NCBI GenBank assembly: GCA_963716255.1
Contig: OY970303.1
Span: forward strand, 6,112,001-6,176,000
Direction: 5' to 3'
DNA: 64,000 bases
DNA from: an uncultured Gemmatimonadales bacterium
GTDB taxonomy: Bacteria; Gemmatimonadota; Gemmatimonadetes; Longimicrobiales; Longimicrobiaceae
Positions 10,155 to 21,854 of the stretch are shown here, in pieces (the stretch's first letter is position 1; every line of letters starts with the position of its first letter). Position numbers and translations under genes: made by a program. Under the pieces are notes generated by a model. That model worked only from the letters and a program-made list of their open reading frames with translations. It ran no database searches and was not told the origin of the DNA.

Positions 10155-10413
10155 CGATCCTCCGGTGACCGAATCAGGGGGCGAGCGACGGCGGAGCGGA
10201 ACGGACGGGCAGAATAAGACGAAAAAGGCGAAACGGAAAGCGGGGCAGCGCGCGATTCGGTCGGGCCCATTCACCCCGGCCGGGAGCAGAGAGCGGATCC
10301 GCTGAATCGCAGGACCGAGCTGGACCGCGAACGCGTCGCCGCCATCCACGAGCTTCCCGCCGCGGCTGCACCGGACCGCGTGAGACGATCCACTCGCGCT
10401 TGCCGTTTTTAAA

Positions 10414-10440
10414 TTGGCGCAAATCATGCGTGTATGATTT
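10414..10440 (+). promoter_or_regulatory. Possible sigma54-type -24/-12 promoter overlapping an inverted-repeat operator
   Basis: TTGGCGCAAATCATGC (GG-N10-GC) and AAATCAT-N6-ATGATTT in an AT-rich divergent intergenic region. Confidence 0.3.
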
Positions 10441-10510
10441 TGTCGGCAAATACGCCGGCTCCGGTCTTGAGCAGCGGCTGCTGCCTCGAATTCCTCCCCC
10501 GGAGGTCCCC

Positions 10511-11035
10511 ATGGGTTCCCTCGTCACCCGTTCGGTTCGCTCGGTGCTCGTGCTTGCCGTGCTCGCCGCGGCCGCATGCTCTGATTCCGGGCGAAGCATC
10601 TCCGGCGCCGAGCCGGTCGGCCCCGCGGCAGCCGGCAAGGCAAAGCCCACCGAGATCACGGTGTCGGCCAGCTCCTACCTGTGCGGGACGCTCTACGGAT
10701 CCGGCTTCACCATCAGCCCCTACTGCACGGGCGGGCCGTTCGGCGGCTTCCAGAGCACGACGGGAACGGGCTACCAGAACAGCATCTACATCTACTTCAG
10801 CTCCCCGGTGAGCTCGGTGACGCTGACCGCGCTGGATCCCGACTACTACGCGAACTTCATCACCGCGTACGACGGCTACGGCAACCCGGTCGACTACAAG
10901 GAGTTCGCCTACGACAACGCACCCGGGACCTTCACCACCTCCACGCGTACGGTCAGCGGCTCCGGGATCACCATGATCGCCCTGACGCCGAACTCGCTGG
11001 ACTACATCGCCTACGACAACCTCAGCTTCTACTGA
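10511..11035 (+). CDS. Hypothetical lipoprotein (beta-rich, Ser/Thr/Tyr/Gly-rich)
   Basis: GGAGG RBS at 10501, AAAC lipobox, strong GC3 codon bias. Confidence 0.7.
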   Translation: MGSLVTRSVRSVLVLAVLAAAACSDSGRSISGAEPVGPAAAGKAKPTEITVSASSYLCGTLYGSGFTISPYCTGGPFGGFQSTTGTGYQNSIYIYFSSPVSSVTLTALDPDYYANFITAYDGYGNPVDYKEFAYDNAPGTFTTSTRTVSGSGITMIALTPNSLDYIAYDNLSFY

Positions 11036-11069
11036 TCCCTGAAGTCCTGCCGGGAAGAGAGTCGGGCGA

Positions 11070-11103
11070 GGAGGGGCGCACCGCCGCGGCGGTGCGCCCC
11101 TCC
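11070..11103. terminator. Perfect 34-bp palindrome, probable terminator or stability hairpin
   Basis: GGAGGGGCGCACCGCCG followed directly by its reverse complement. Confidence 0.5.
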
Positions 11104-11206
11104 GCCGTCTGTCCCGCGGCGCCGCTCTTGCCAGGGCGGTGGGGAATCGATATCACCAGGCGCGCCCCGTACCCGCGCCAAGTCCCGTCCCGCGCATCCC
11201 GGCCCC

Positions 11207-11977
11207 GTGTCTTCAAACGATCCCGATCCCCGCCCGGACTGGTGGGCGGACTACTTCGACCGCGAGTTCGTCCGCATCTACCGCGACTTCCTCACCCCCG
11301 AGCGCACCGCGCGCGAGGTGGAGGGGATCCTGGAGATGCTGGAGCTGGCGGAGGGAGCGCGCGTGCTGGACCTGGCCTGCGGGTGGGGGCGGCACTCCAT
11401 CGAGCTGGCGCGCGCCGGCTTCCGCGTCACCGGGCTGGACTTCTCGGAAACGCTGCTGGCGCGGGCGCGCAAGCGCGCCGGGGCGGCCGGCGTGGAGGTG
11501 GAGTGGACCCGCGGCGACATGCGCGAGGTGGGACGGACGGCCGAGTTCGACGCGGTGCTGTCGCTGTACTCGTCGCTCGGCTACTTCCTGTCCGACGACG
11601 AGGACCTACGCGTGCTCCGCGGCGCCCGCGAGGCGCTGCGGCCAGGCGGGCTCCTGCTGCTGGAGACCATGCACCGCGACCACGTGCTGGGCGACTACGC
11701 CGACCGCGACTGGTGGGAGACGGCCGACGGCGCCACGGTGTGGGTGGAGCGCGAGTTCGACGCGGTGGAAGGCGTGAGCCGCGAGTGGCTGCGCTGGCGC
11801 AGGGGCGAGGACGCGGGCGAAAAGTTCCACGCGCTGCGCATCCGCACCGCCACCGAGTGGGACGCCCTGCTGCGGGCCGCGGGGCTGGAGCCGCTGGAGT
11901 GGTACGGCGACTGGGAGCTGGCGCCGTTCACCCACACCTCGGAAGTGCTCATCGTGGCGGCGCGCAGGCCGTCCTGA
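11207..11977 (+). CDS. Class I SAM-dependent methyltransferase
   Basis: [21 protein letters not shown] and LRPGG motifs. Confidence 0.9.
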   Translation: MSSNDPDPRPDWWADYFDREFVRIYRDFLTPERTAREVEGILEMLELAEGARVLDLACGWGRHSIELARAGFRVTGLDFSETLLARARKRAGAAGVEVEWTRGDMREVGRTAEFDAVLSLYSSLGYFLSDDEDLRVLRGAREALRPGGLLLLETMHRDHVLGDYADRDWWETADGATVWVEREFDAVEGVSREWLRWRRGEDAGEKFHALRIRTATEWDALLRAAGLEPLEWYGDWELAPFTHTSEVLIVAARRPS

Positions 11978-12083
11978 CGGGGCGCCCCCTCGCTTGCCGC
12001 CCTTCCGGGGCACTGGTATGTTGTACCGTTTCCCGCCGGGAGCGGGAAGGTGCGCCACAGTATCATTTTCGACCCTCGAAACG

Positions 12084-12512
12084 ATGCCTGAACGGAAGAT
12101 CCGCGTCCTGGTCGGCAAGCCCGGGCTGGACGGCCACGACCGCGGCGCCAAGGTGATCGCCGCCGCCCTGCGCGACGCGGGGATGGAGGTGATCTACACG
12201 GGGCTCCACCAGACCCCGGAGATGATCGTCGCCGCCGCGATCCAGGAGGACGTGGACGTGGTGGCCATGTCCATCCTCTCGGGCGCGCACATGACGCTCT
12301 TCCCGCGCGTCCGCGAGCTGCTGGAGGCCGAGGGCGCCGACCACATCCTCCTCACCGGCGGCGGGATCATCCCCGAGGAGGACATGGAGGCGCTCCGGTC
12401 GCAGGGGATCGGGCGGCTCTTCGGCCCCGGCACTCCCACCTCCGCGGCCGTGGAGTACATCCGCTCCTGGTTCGCCGAGAACGGCCGCGACCGCGAGCTG
12501 GCGCAGTCGTGA
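12084..12512 (+). CDS. Cobalamin-binding subunit of a methylmalonyl-CoA-mutase-like enzyme
   Basis: [15 protein letters not shown] and GGIIP motifs. Confidence 0.93.
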   Translation: MPERKIRVLVGKPGLDGHDRGAKVIAAALRDAGMEVIYTGLHQTPEMIVAAAIQEDVDVVAMSILSGAHMTLFPRVRELLEAEGADHILLTGGGIIPEEDMEALRSQGIGRLFGPGTPTSAAVEYIRSWFAENGRDRELAQS

Positions 12513-14152
12513 GCAGCGCCGTGGGAGAGAAGCCCGCGGCCGCGCACGGCGCCGGCCGGGCGGAAGCGCTCGTCGGCGAGCTGCGCGAGCTGGAGGCGCG
12601 GCTCCGCGAGGGCGGGGGCGCGAAGCGCATCGCCAAGCAGCACGCGGACGGCAAGCTGACGGCCCGCGAGCGCATCGGCCTGCTGCTGGACCCGCGCACG
12701 CGCTTCCAGGAGGTGGGGCTGCTGGTGGCGTACGACCGCTACGAGGGGCAGGCGCCCGCGGCGGGGGTGGTGACCGGCTTCGGGACGGTGGCCGGGCGCG
12801 AGGTGGTGGTGGTCGCCAACGACGCCACCGTCAAGGCGGGCTCCTGGTGGCCGGAGACCATCACCAAGATCCTGCGGGCGCAGGAGATCGCCATGCGCTG
12901 CCGGGTGCCCATCGTGTACCTGGTGGACTCGGCGGGCGTCAACCTGCCGTACCAGGGCGGCGTCTTCCCGGGCCAGTACGGCGCGTCGCGCATCTTCTAC
13001 TACAACTCCATCATGCGGCGCTACCTCAAGGTGCCGCAGATCGCCGCCGTCATGGGGCCGTGCATCGCCGGGGGGGCGTACCTCCCGGCGCTCTCGGACG
13101 TCATCCTGATGGTGGAGGGGACCTCGTTCATGGGGCTGGGCGGGCCCAACCTGGTGAAGGGGGCCACCGGGCAGACCACGGACAGCGAGACGCTGGGCGG
13201 TGCCTGGACGCACAACGCCATCTCCGGGGTGGCCCACTACCGGGTCCGCGACGACCGCGCCTGCATCGGCAGGATCCGCGAGCTGGTGAAGGAGCTGCCG
13301 CGCCAGGGCAGCGCGCTCCAGCTCCGCGAGCCGGCGCCGCCCGCACGCCCCGAGCGCGACCTGTACGCCCTGCTCCCCGAGGACCATCGCCAGCCGTACG
13401 AGATGCGCGAGGTGATGCGCTGCATCCTGGACGGCGGCGACATGGACGAGTTCCAGGCGGACTACGCGCCGGAGATGATCTGCGGCACCGCCCGCGTCCA
13501 GGGGATCCCGGTGGGCGTCATCGCCAACGCGCGGGGGATGCTCAAGGACCCGCACGGCGGGCGCCCCAAGTTCGGCGGCATCGTCTACGCCGACAGCGCG
13601 GACAAGGTGGCGTACTTCATCGAGACGCTGAACCGCCACGGCACGCCCATCCTCTTCCTCCAGGACGTGTCCGGCTTCATGGTGGGGACGGACGCCGAGC
13701 ACAGCGGCATCATCCGCTCCGGCGCGCGCTTCGTGGAGGCCATGGCCACGGCCACGGTGCCCAAGCTGGTGCTGACGCTCAACCACGCCTCCGGGGCGGG
13801 GTACTACGCCATGGCGGGGCAGGGCTTCGACCCCGACTTCATCTTCACCTGGCCCACCGGCCGGATGGGGGTGATGGAGGGCGACTCCGCCGTCATGGCG
13901 CTCTTCAGCACGCAGCTGGACGAGCTCAAGCGCGGGGGGAAGCAGCCGGACGCCGAGCTCCAGGGGAAGATCGACGCCGTGCGCGCCGACTACGACCGCC
14001 AGCTCGACGCCAAGCACGCCGCCGCGCGCGGCTTCGTGGACGCGGTGGTGTGCCCCGAGGACACCCGGGCGGCGCTCGGGCTGGCGCTGCGCACCTCGAT
14101 CAACAACCCCGGACCCCATCTCGGGGCCTTTGTCCTGCCCCCGATCCCGTGA
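12509..14152 (+). CDS. Acyl-CoA carboxylase beta (carboxyltransferase) subunit
   Basis: [31 protein letters not shown] and [12 protein letters not shown] motifs. Confidence 0.92.
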   Translation: MSSAVGEKPAAAHGAGRAEALVGELRELEARLREGGGAKRIAKQHADGKLTARERIGLLLDPRTRFQEVGLLVAYDRYEGQAPAAGVVTGFGTVAGREVVVVANDATVKAGSWWPETITKILRAQEIAMRCRVPIVYLVDSAGVNLPYQGGVFPGQYGASRIFYYNSIMRRYLKVPQIAAVMGPCIAGGAYLPALSDVILMVEGTSFMGLGGPNLVKGATGQTTDSETLGGAWTHNAISGVAHYRVRDDRACIGRIRELVKELPRQGSALQLREPAPPARPERDLYALLPEDHRQPYEMREVMRCILDGGDMDEFQADYAPEMICGTARVQGIPVGVIANARGMLKDPHGGRPKFGGIVYADSADKVAYFIETLNRHGTPILFLQDVSGFMVGTDAEHSGIIRSGARFVEAMATATVPKLVLTLNHASGAGYYAMAGQGFDPDFIFTWPTGRMGVMEGDSAVMALFSTQLDELKRGGKQPDAELQGKIDAVRADYDRQLDAKHAAARGFVDAVVCPEDTRAALGLALRTSINNPGPHLGAFVLPPIP

Positions 14153-14189
14153 GGGGCCGGGGACTGAGCGCGCGAAGCGTGCGAAGCCC

Positions 14190-14237
14190 CCGGGGCCGCA
14201 CCTGGGCGCCTTCGTGCTGCCGCCGCACCTGACGTGA
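14190..14237 (+). other. Orphan second copy of the carboxyltransferase 3' end ([12 protein letters not shown]...stop)
   Basis: Encodes the same 12 residues as 14108-14143 with 9 synonymous third-position differences. Confidence 0.8.
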
Positions 14238-14247
14238 GGAGGTCCGC

Positions 14248-14811
14248 ATGGCCGTGCATTTCGCCCAACCCTACCAGTTCACCGCCGACGAATACACGCG
14301 CATGGCGGCCGAAGGGATCATTCCCGCCGGCGCACGGGTCGAGCTGATCGACGGGGAGATCATCGAGATGAGCCCCATCGGCAGCCGCCACAACGCGTTC
14401 GTCGACCGGCTGACGCGGATCCTGGTCACGAGGCTGGGCGAAGCGGCCATCGTGCGCGTACAGGGCTCCATCCGGCTGGGCGAGAAGGTGGTTCCGCAGC
14501 CGGACTTCACGGTCCTGCGTCCGCGCGCCGACTTCTACGAAGACGACCTCCCCGGCCCGGCCGACGTGGTGCTCGTCGTGGAGGTGGCCGACAGCTCCCT
14601 GTCGTACGACCGCAGCGAGAAGTCGCGTCTGTACGCCCGCTACGGCATTCCTGAATACTGGCTGCTGGACCTGGTCCAGAACACGGTCCTCGTGCATTCG
14701 GAACCGGGCCCCGTGGCCTACCAGCACGTCGAGATCCGCAACCGCGACGACGTCTGGAATTCGCACTCGCTGCCCGACCTCCGTGTTGGCGGCGCGGAAA
14801 TCCTGGGATAA
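14248..14811 (+). CDS. Uma2 family (DUF820) PD-(D/E)XK endonuclease
   Basis: RVELIDGEIIEMSPIG..H, QPD, VVEVADSS..YDR..K..LYARYGIPEYWLLD motifs. Confidence 0.92.
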   Translation: MAVHFAQPYQFTADEYTRMAAEGIIPAGARVELIDGEIIEMSPIGSRHNAFVDRLTRILVTRLGEAAIVRVQGSIRLGEKVVPQPDFTVLRPRADFYEDDLPGPADVVLVVEVADSSLSYDRSEKSRLYARYGIPEYWLLDLVQNTVLVHSEPGPVAYQHVEIRNRDDVWNSHSLPDLRVGGAEILG

Positions 14812-16188
14812 ATGGCCAAAGACAAGATCCGCATCGCTTCCGGGCAGGGCTTCTGGGGCGACCAGCTGGACGCCCCCAAGCAGCAGGTCGAGGGCGGCCC
14901 GATCGACTACCTGATGCTCGACTACCTGGCCAAGGTCACCATGTCGATCATGCAGAAGCAGCGCTCGCGCAACCCGCAGGCGGGGTACGCGCGCGACTTC
15001 GTGCCGCTGATGGGCGACATCCTCCCCGCCGTGGTGGAGCGCGGCATCCACGTGGTCGCCAACGCCGGCGGCGTGAACCCGCAGGGGTGCCGCGACGCCG
15101 TGGTGGAGGAGGCCCGGAAGGCCGGGCTCGGCGGGCGGGCGCGCATCGGGATGATCTCCGGCGACGACATCCTGGAGCGCCTCCCCGACCTGCTGGAGCG
15201 CGGCGTGGAGCTCCGGAACATGGAGACCGGCGAGCCGCTCTCCACCGTCATGGACCGCGTGCAGAGCGCCAACGCCTACATCGGCGCGCGGCCCATCGTG
15301 GAAGCGCTGCGGCAGGACGCCCACGTGGTCATCACCGGTCGTTCCACCGACACGGCGCTCACCTACGCGCCCATGATCCACGAGTTCGGCTGGTCGTACG
15401 ACGACTACGACCGCATGGCCGCCGGCGTGGTCGCCGGGCACATCAACGAGTGCGGCGCCCAGGCCTCCGGCGGCAACTGCCTGGTGGACTGGCGCGGCAT
15501 CCGCGACCTGGCCGGCATCGGCTACCCCATCATCGAGGCGTACCCGGACGGCTCCTTCGTGGTCACCAAGCACGAGGGCACCGGCGGCTGCGTGACGCTC
15601 CCCAGCGTCAAGGAGCAGCTGGTGTACGAGATGGGCAACCCGCGCAGCTACATCACCCCGGACGTGGTGGCCGACTTCACCACCATCCGCCTGGAGCGCG
15701 AGGCCAAGGACCGGGTGCGCGTGTACGGCGTGAAGGGGCAGCACGCCACCGACATGCTCAAGGTCAGCATCGCCTACGCGGACGGCTACAAGGCCGTGGG
15801 CACGCTGGTGTACGCCTGGCCGGACGCCGTGGAGAAGGCGCAGGCCGCCGACCGCGTCCTCCGCGAGCGGCTGGACCGCCTGGGGCTGAAGTTCGACGAA
15901 GTGCTCACCGAGTACGTGGGCTGGAACGCCACCCACGGCCCGCTCGCCGGCCCCATCCCCGCCGACCTTCCGGAGGTGACGGTGCGCTGGGGCGTGCGCG
16001 GCCAGGACCGGGCCGCCGTGGAGCGCTTCACCAAGGAGATCGCGCCGCTGGTGCTCGCCGGGCCGCCCTCCGTGACCGGCTTCGCGGGCGGGCGTCCGGC
16101 GGTGCAGGAGATCATGGCCTACTGGCCGGCCCTGATCCCCAAGACCGAGATCGAGCCGCACCTGGAGGTGGAGGTGGTGACGGCGTAG
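14812..16188 (+). CDS. Acyclic terpene utilization AtuA family protein (DUF1446)
   Basis: [48 protein letters not shown] and YITPDV motifs. Confidence 0.88.
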   Translation: MAKDKIRIASGQGFWGDQLDAPKQQVEGGPIDYLMLDYLAKVTMSIMQKQRSRNPQAGYARDFVPLMGDILPAVVERGIHVVANAGGVNPQGCRDAVVEEARKAGLGGRARIGMISGDDILERLPDLLERGVELRNMETGEPLSTVMDRVQSANAYIGARPIVEALRQDAHVVITGRSTDTALTYAPMIHEFGWSYDDYDRMAAGVVAGHINECGAQASGGNCLVDWRGIRDLAGIGYPIIEAYPDGSFVVTKHEGTGGCVTLPSVKEQLVYEMGNPRSYITPDVVADFTTIRLEREAKDRVRVYGVKGQHATDMLKVSIAYADGYKAVGTLVYAWPDAVEKAQAADRVLRERLDRLGLKFDEVLTEYVGWNATHGPLAGPIPADLPEVTVRWGVRGQDRAAVERFTKEIAPLVLAGPPSVTGFAGGRPAVQEIMAYWPALIPKTEIEPHLEVEVVTA

Positions 16189-16210
16189 CCGTTTGCCGCT
16201 TCGTCGGTTC

Positions 16211-16375
16211 TGGTGGGCCGCTCCGGAGCCGGACGATACGGCCGTCCGTCTCCTGCGCGGGCTCCGGGAGCCCCGGGAAACTGCCCCGGGTCTCCCTACG
16301 CCGGGGGGAGCCTCGCACAGTGCCTCTGAACTGCGGCACCGGCGAGTCTCCCCCCGAACAGCTCGTGGGAACTGC
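16211..16375 (+). repeat. Structured intergenic repeat family B, copy 1 (three tandem hairpin modules)
   Basis: Closely matches 31761-31913; contains three GAG-C-stem-loop-stem-T-CTC hairpins. Confidence 0.85.
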
Positions 16376-16389
16376 AGGAACTGCGACAC

Positions 16390-16428
16390 CGCAAGGTGTG
16401 CACCGGCGGAGCCGGTGCACACCTTGCG
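16390..16428. other. Long perfect hairpin (18-bp stem) between repeats B1 and A2
   Basis: CGCAAGGTGTGCACCGGC-GGA-GCCGGTGCACACCTTGCG. Confidence 0.7.
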
Positions 16429-16442
16429 TCTCGCGCTCAACC

Positions 16443-16579
16443 CGCGTGAGGGATTTCGGCCCGAAGGGGCGAGACCCCGCGGCAGTTTGCGGGGGCTCGA
16501 CTCCGTTGCAGACGGTTGTTTCGTATGCTACGGAGCCGAAGCCCGACCCCGGCGTCAGCCGGGGGCACGCCCGAACCCG
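16443..16579 (-). repeat. Structured intergenic repeat family A, copy 2
   Basis: Reverse complement of the copy 1 scaffold with altered but still paired inner stems. Confidence 0.9.
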
Positions 16580-16621
16580 TCGTTCAGGCCGTCAAAAGCC
16601 GGTATCGGACTTACAAGACGA

Positions 16622-17533
16622 ATGCGGATCACCTTTCTCGGGACAGCAGCGGCACGCCCCACCGTGGGGCGCAACGTTTCCTCCATCGTCGTCCAGCGCG
16701 AGGGCGACGTGATGATGTTCGACTGCGGCGAGGGCACGCAGCGCCAGATGATGCGCTACGGGACCGGCTTCGCCCTGCGCGAGATCTTCTTCACCCACCT
16801 GCACGCCGACCACTTCCTGGGCGTCATCGGGCTGCTGCGCACCATGGGGCTGCAGGCGCGCGAGGAGCCCATCGACCTGTGGACCCCCCGCGGCACCGAG
16901 GCCACCCTGAAGCAGGCCGTGGAGCTGGGCGTGGAGCGCGTCCCCTTCACGGTGAACATCAACGGCCTGGAGGCGGGCGAGGCGGTGGACCGCGGCGCCT
17001 ACGCCGTCGTCCCCTTCCGCACGCAGCACGCGGGGCGCAGCCTGGGCTACGCGGTGGTGGAGCACGACCGGCTGGGGCGCTTCGATGCCGGCAAGGCGCG
17101 GGAGATGGGAATCCCCGAGGGGCCGCTGTGGGGGAAGCTGCACCACGGCGAGGCGGTGGAGGTGGACGGGCGCGTCTTCCGCGCGGAGGACCTGGTGGGG
17201 CCCCCGCGCCCCGGCCGCCGCGTGGTGTACAGCGGCGACACCCGCCCCTGCGGCCCGGTGCGCGAGGCCGCCGCCGGCGCCGACCTGCTGATCCACGAGG
17301 CCACCTTCGCCCAGGACGAGGCCGACCGCGCCCAGGCGACCGGGCACTCCACCGCGCGCGATGCCGCCGAGGTCGCCGCGCAGGCCGGGGCGCTGCGCCT
17401 GTGCCTGACGCACTTCTCGCCGCGCTACGCCGACGACCCGCGCATCCTGGAGCGCGAGGCGCGCGCCGTGTTCCCCGAGGTCGCCACCGCCTACGACGGG
17501 CTCGTGCTGGAGATCCCGTACCGGGACGGCTGA
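16622..17533 (+). CDS. rnz: Ribonuclease Z
   Basis: FLGT..P..RN, FDCGEGTQRQ, THLHADH, SGDT, HEATF and THFSPRY motifs; GP-containing exosite. Confidence 0.93.
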   Translation: MRITFLGTAAARPTVGRNVSSIVVQREGDVMMFDCGEGTQRQMMRYGTGFALREIFFTHLHADHFLGVIGLLRTMGLQAREEPIDLWTPRGTEATLKQAVELGVERVPFTVNINGLEAGEAVDRGAYAVVPFRTQHAGRSLGYAVVEHDRLGRFDAGKAREMGIPEGPLWGKLHHGEAVEVDGRVFRAEDLVGPPRPGRRVVYSGDTRPCGPVREAAAGADLLIHEATFAQDEADRAQATGHSTARDAAEVAAQAGALRLCLTHFSPRYADDPRILEREARAVFPEVATAYDGLVLEIPYRDG

Positions 17534-17666
17534 GCAGGGGGCCCCGCGCGGACCGGCGGGTCTGGCAGTCCGGCTGTCGATCTGGCCGGCGGGGAGCCGC
17601 GGAGCCTGCCCTTTGGGCCGGACCGGCGGGCACGTGGCGTGCAGCGGTCCCCCGACCGTGAGCGCC

Positions 17667-17697
17667 CCTTGACACTGCCGGCGCGGCGCCCCAATTT
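17667..17697 (+). promoter_or_regulatory. groESL promoter
   Basis: CCTTGACA (-35 TTGACA at 17669) followed by CCCCAATTT just upstream of CIRCE. Confidence 0.5.
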
Positions 17698-17706
17698 GCC
17701 ACTTCG

Positions 17707-17733
17707 TTAGCACTCGGCGATGGTGAGTGCTAA
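17707..17733 (+). promoter_or_regulatory. CIRCE element (HrcA operator)
   Basis: Perfect TTAGCACTC-N9-GAGTGCTAA upstream of groES. Confidence 0.95.
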
Positions 17734-17776
17734 CAGGCGTTACCCAACCCATCCAGATACCGGAGGATCCAGATCT

Positions 17777-18082
17777 ATGGCCACCGCGACAGACGTGAAG
17801 GTGAAGCCGCTCTCGGACCGTGTCGTCGTCAAGGCGACGGAGGAGACCGAGCAGATGCGGGGCGGGCTGTACATCCCCGACACGGCCAAGGAGAAGCCGC
17901 AGCAGGGCGAGGTCATCGCCGTCGGGCCCGGCAAGGTGAGCGACGACGGCACGCGCATCGAGCCCGAGGTCAAGGTCGGCGACAAGGTGCTCTACGGGAA
18001 GTACAGCGGCACCGAGGTGACCATCGACGGCGAGCAGTACCTGATCCTTCGCGAGTCGGACGTCCTCGCCATCGTCGGCTGA
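17777..18082 (+). CDS. groES: Co-chaperonin GroES
   Basis: [23 protein letters not shown] and KYSGTEV motifs; GGAGG RBS. Confidence 0.97.
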   Translation: MATATDVKVKPLSDRVVVKATEETEQMRGGLYIPDTAKEKPQQGEVIAVGPGKVSDDGTRIEPEVKVGDKVLYGKYSGTEVTIDGEQYLILRESDVLAIVG

Positions 18083-18135
18083 GCACGAGGCTCCATCCGG
18101 TACCGGTCAAGCTCATCTCACTCACCAGGAGTTAA

Positions 18136-19786
<1,651 letters not shown>

Positions 19787-19788
<2 letters not shown>

Positions 19789-19871
19789 GCCGCGAGGCTC
19801 GGCAGGGGGCGGAGGCGCGAGCCTCCGCCCTCCCCGGCGGCCCCGCTCCCTCCTCGCGAGGGGGCGGGGCC
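19787..19871 (+). terminator. Three consecutive GC-rich hairpins with GCGA loops after groEL
   Basis: GAGCC-GCGA-GGCTC; GGCGGAGGC-GCGA-GCCTCCGCC; CCTC-GCGA-GGGG inside GGCCCCGC/GCGGGGCC. Confidence 0.5.
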
Positions 19872-20055
19872 GCCTGCGTATGCGCCCGCGCACGGCCGGC
19901 GGATCGCGCAGGACGCCGTTCGGGACAATCATCTTGACCGGGTCTTCCGCCGGATGCAATGTGCAGACGAGGTTCGCTCGCCGGGGCTCGTCCCCGGCGC
20001 CCGCAGTTCCAGGTCGGGTCTGCGGTCCCGGCCACCCCGTCGAGGAGGAGACGCA

Positions 20056-20577
20056 ATGGCGAATCGAAAGATCGGAGCGAACCGAGGCCCCCGCGTCGAC
20101 GGCACCCCCGGCCCGGAGGTCGGGCGCGATGCGCGCTTCGAGCAGATGAACCGGGCGGGCTCGCAGATCGTGCGCGATGCCGCCGCGCTGCTCGACGAGG
20201 AGATGGCCTCGGGGATCGTGGCAGCGCGCAACATGCAGCAGCGCATGGACAGGGAGCGGCGGGTCGACAAGGCCGACTTCGGGGAGGCGCTGCAGCGGTT
20301 CCAGGGCGACGCCCACCAGGTGCTGAACCTGGTCACCGGCCAGTTCCGCGAGCTCAAGAACGACGACAACTCCGAGCTCCTCTCGCGGTTCACGCGCAAC
20401 ATGCACGACCTGCTCGACGTGGTGGTCGGCGTCGTCAGCACGAGCGCGGAGATCGCTGGCCAGCTCGCCGAAGCGAACCTGCCGAAGCCTCCCGTGAAGC
20501 GGGGAGGACGGGCGAAGCCCGGTGCTCCGGCGGCGGCCGCCGCCGGAGCGCCCGCGACGGGTGCCCGCCCCCGCTGA
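20056..20577 (+). CDS. Hypothetical alpha-helical protein
   Basis: GGAGGAG RBS and host-like codon usage; no recognised motif. Confidence 0.7.
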   Translation: MANRKIGANRGPRVDGTPGPEVGRDARFEQMNRAGSQIVRDAAALLDEEMASGIVAARNMQQRMDRERRVDKADFGEALQRFQGDAHQVLNLVTGQFRELKNDDNSELLSRFTRNMHDLLDVVVGVVSTSAEIAGQLAEANLPKPPVKRGGRAKPGAPAAAAAGAPATGARPR

Positions 20578-20617
20578 CCCGCGCGCGCCCGCCCGCCGCC
20601 GCGCGGCGGCGCGGCGA

Positions 20618-21634
20618 ATGCGCGCGTTCGAGGGCGAGTTGGCGCGATACCGCGACGTCACCATGCAGGCGCTCCTCGGCCACATCCCCAGCGGGGGGCC
20701 GTCGCACCTTTACGACCTGGTGTCGGTGTACCCGCGCCGGCTGGGGAAGGGGCTGAGGGGAGCGCTGTGTCTCGCCACCTGCGAGGCGCTGGGCGGGCGC
20801 AGGGCGCTCGCCCTGAACACCGCGGTCGCCGCCGAGCTGTTCCACAACGCCTTCCTCATCCACGACGACGTGCAGGACGAGAGCCTGGCCCGGCGCGGCG
20901 AGGCCACCCTGCACCTGGAGCATGGCGTCGGGATCGCGGTCAACGTCGGCAACGCGACGAACCTGCTCGCCCTGCAGCGCGTGCTCGGGACCCGCGCAGA
21001 GCTGGGGCCGGCCCGCGCGGCGCTGGTGGTGGAGGAGACCGAGCGGATGATGCGCCACTCCCTCGAAGGGCAGGCCATCGAGCTGGGCTGGATCCGGGAC
21101 AACGACTGTGCGATGGGGCCGCAGGAGTACCTGCGGATGTGCCTCAAGAAGACGTCGTGGTACTCGTTCATCTACCCGATGCGCGTCGGCGCGATCGTCG
21201 CCGAGGGCGCGCAGGACACCGACCGCTTTTCGCGCTTCGGCTGGTACGTGGGCGCGGCGTTCCAGATCCAGGACGACGTCCTCAACCTGACGGGCCGGTT
21301 CTCGCGGTACCGCAAGGAGATCGGCGGTGACCTCCGCGAGGGCAAGCGGACGCTGATGCTGATCCGTCTCCTCGGCGTGTGCACGGCCGCCGAGCGCGAG
21401 GCCATCGAGCGCTACCTCGCGAGCCCGCGCCCCGAGCGAACGGAAGCGCAGGTGCGGTGGCTCCATCGCCTGATTGTCCGGTACGACACCATCGCCTACG
21501 CCCGCCGGGCCGCCCGGGAGCTCGCCGGGGCGGCCCTCCTCGAAGCCCTAACGGCCCTCCGGAGCGTCCCCGACAGCGCCGCCAGGCGCTTCCTTCTGGA
21601 CATGCCGCTCTATGTCGTCGGCCGCGACCGCTAG
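20618..21634 (+). CDS. Polyprenyl synthetase family protein (start may be GTG 20561)
   Basis: GKGLRG, LIHDDVQD..RRG, GQAIE, KKT and FQIQDDVLN..GGDLREGKRT motifs. Confidence 0.88.
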   Translation: MRAFEGELARYRDVTMQALLGHIPSGGPSHLYDLVSVYPRRLGKGLRGALCLATCEALGGRRALALNTAVAAELFHNAFLIHDDVQDESLARRGEATLHLEHGVGIAVNVGNATNLLALQRVLGTRAELGPARAALVVEETERMMRHSLEGQAIELGWIRDNDCAMGPQEYLRMCLKKTSWYSFIYPMRVGAIVAEGAQDTDRFSRFGWYVGAAFQIQDDVLNLTGRFSRYRKEIGGDLREGKRTLMLIRLLGVCTAAEREAIERYLASPRPERTEAQVRWLHRLIVRYDTIAYARRAARELAGAALLEALTALRSVPDSAARRFLLDMPLYVVGRDR

Positions 21635-21791
21635 GAATGTGGCGAGATGGGCGACATGTACCCAAGCTCACGTATCCGCTGACTTCCCGCGTAACTGCCG
21701 CCGGGAGTCTCGCCGGATCAACGCCGACAGTGATACCTTCGCCCGCAGTGCCATTCGCGGGGGCTCGCCGTCAGCTCCCCGGTGCCTGCGG

Positions 21792-21820
21792 TTGACAGCC
21801 TGCGCCGGAGTGCGTATCCT
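21792..21820 (+). promoter_or_regulatory. Sigma70-type promoter for the leader/thrS transcript
   Basis: TTGACA-17 bp-TATCCT. Confidence 0.75.
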
Positions 21821-21854
21821 ATTCCAGGCATTCCACTTTACCAGGCAGCCAGTC

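Noticed and set aside
21635..21790. Slightly AT-richer spacer after the prenyl synthase as a gene remnant
   Set aside because: No convincing ORF, motif or repeat could be supported.
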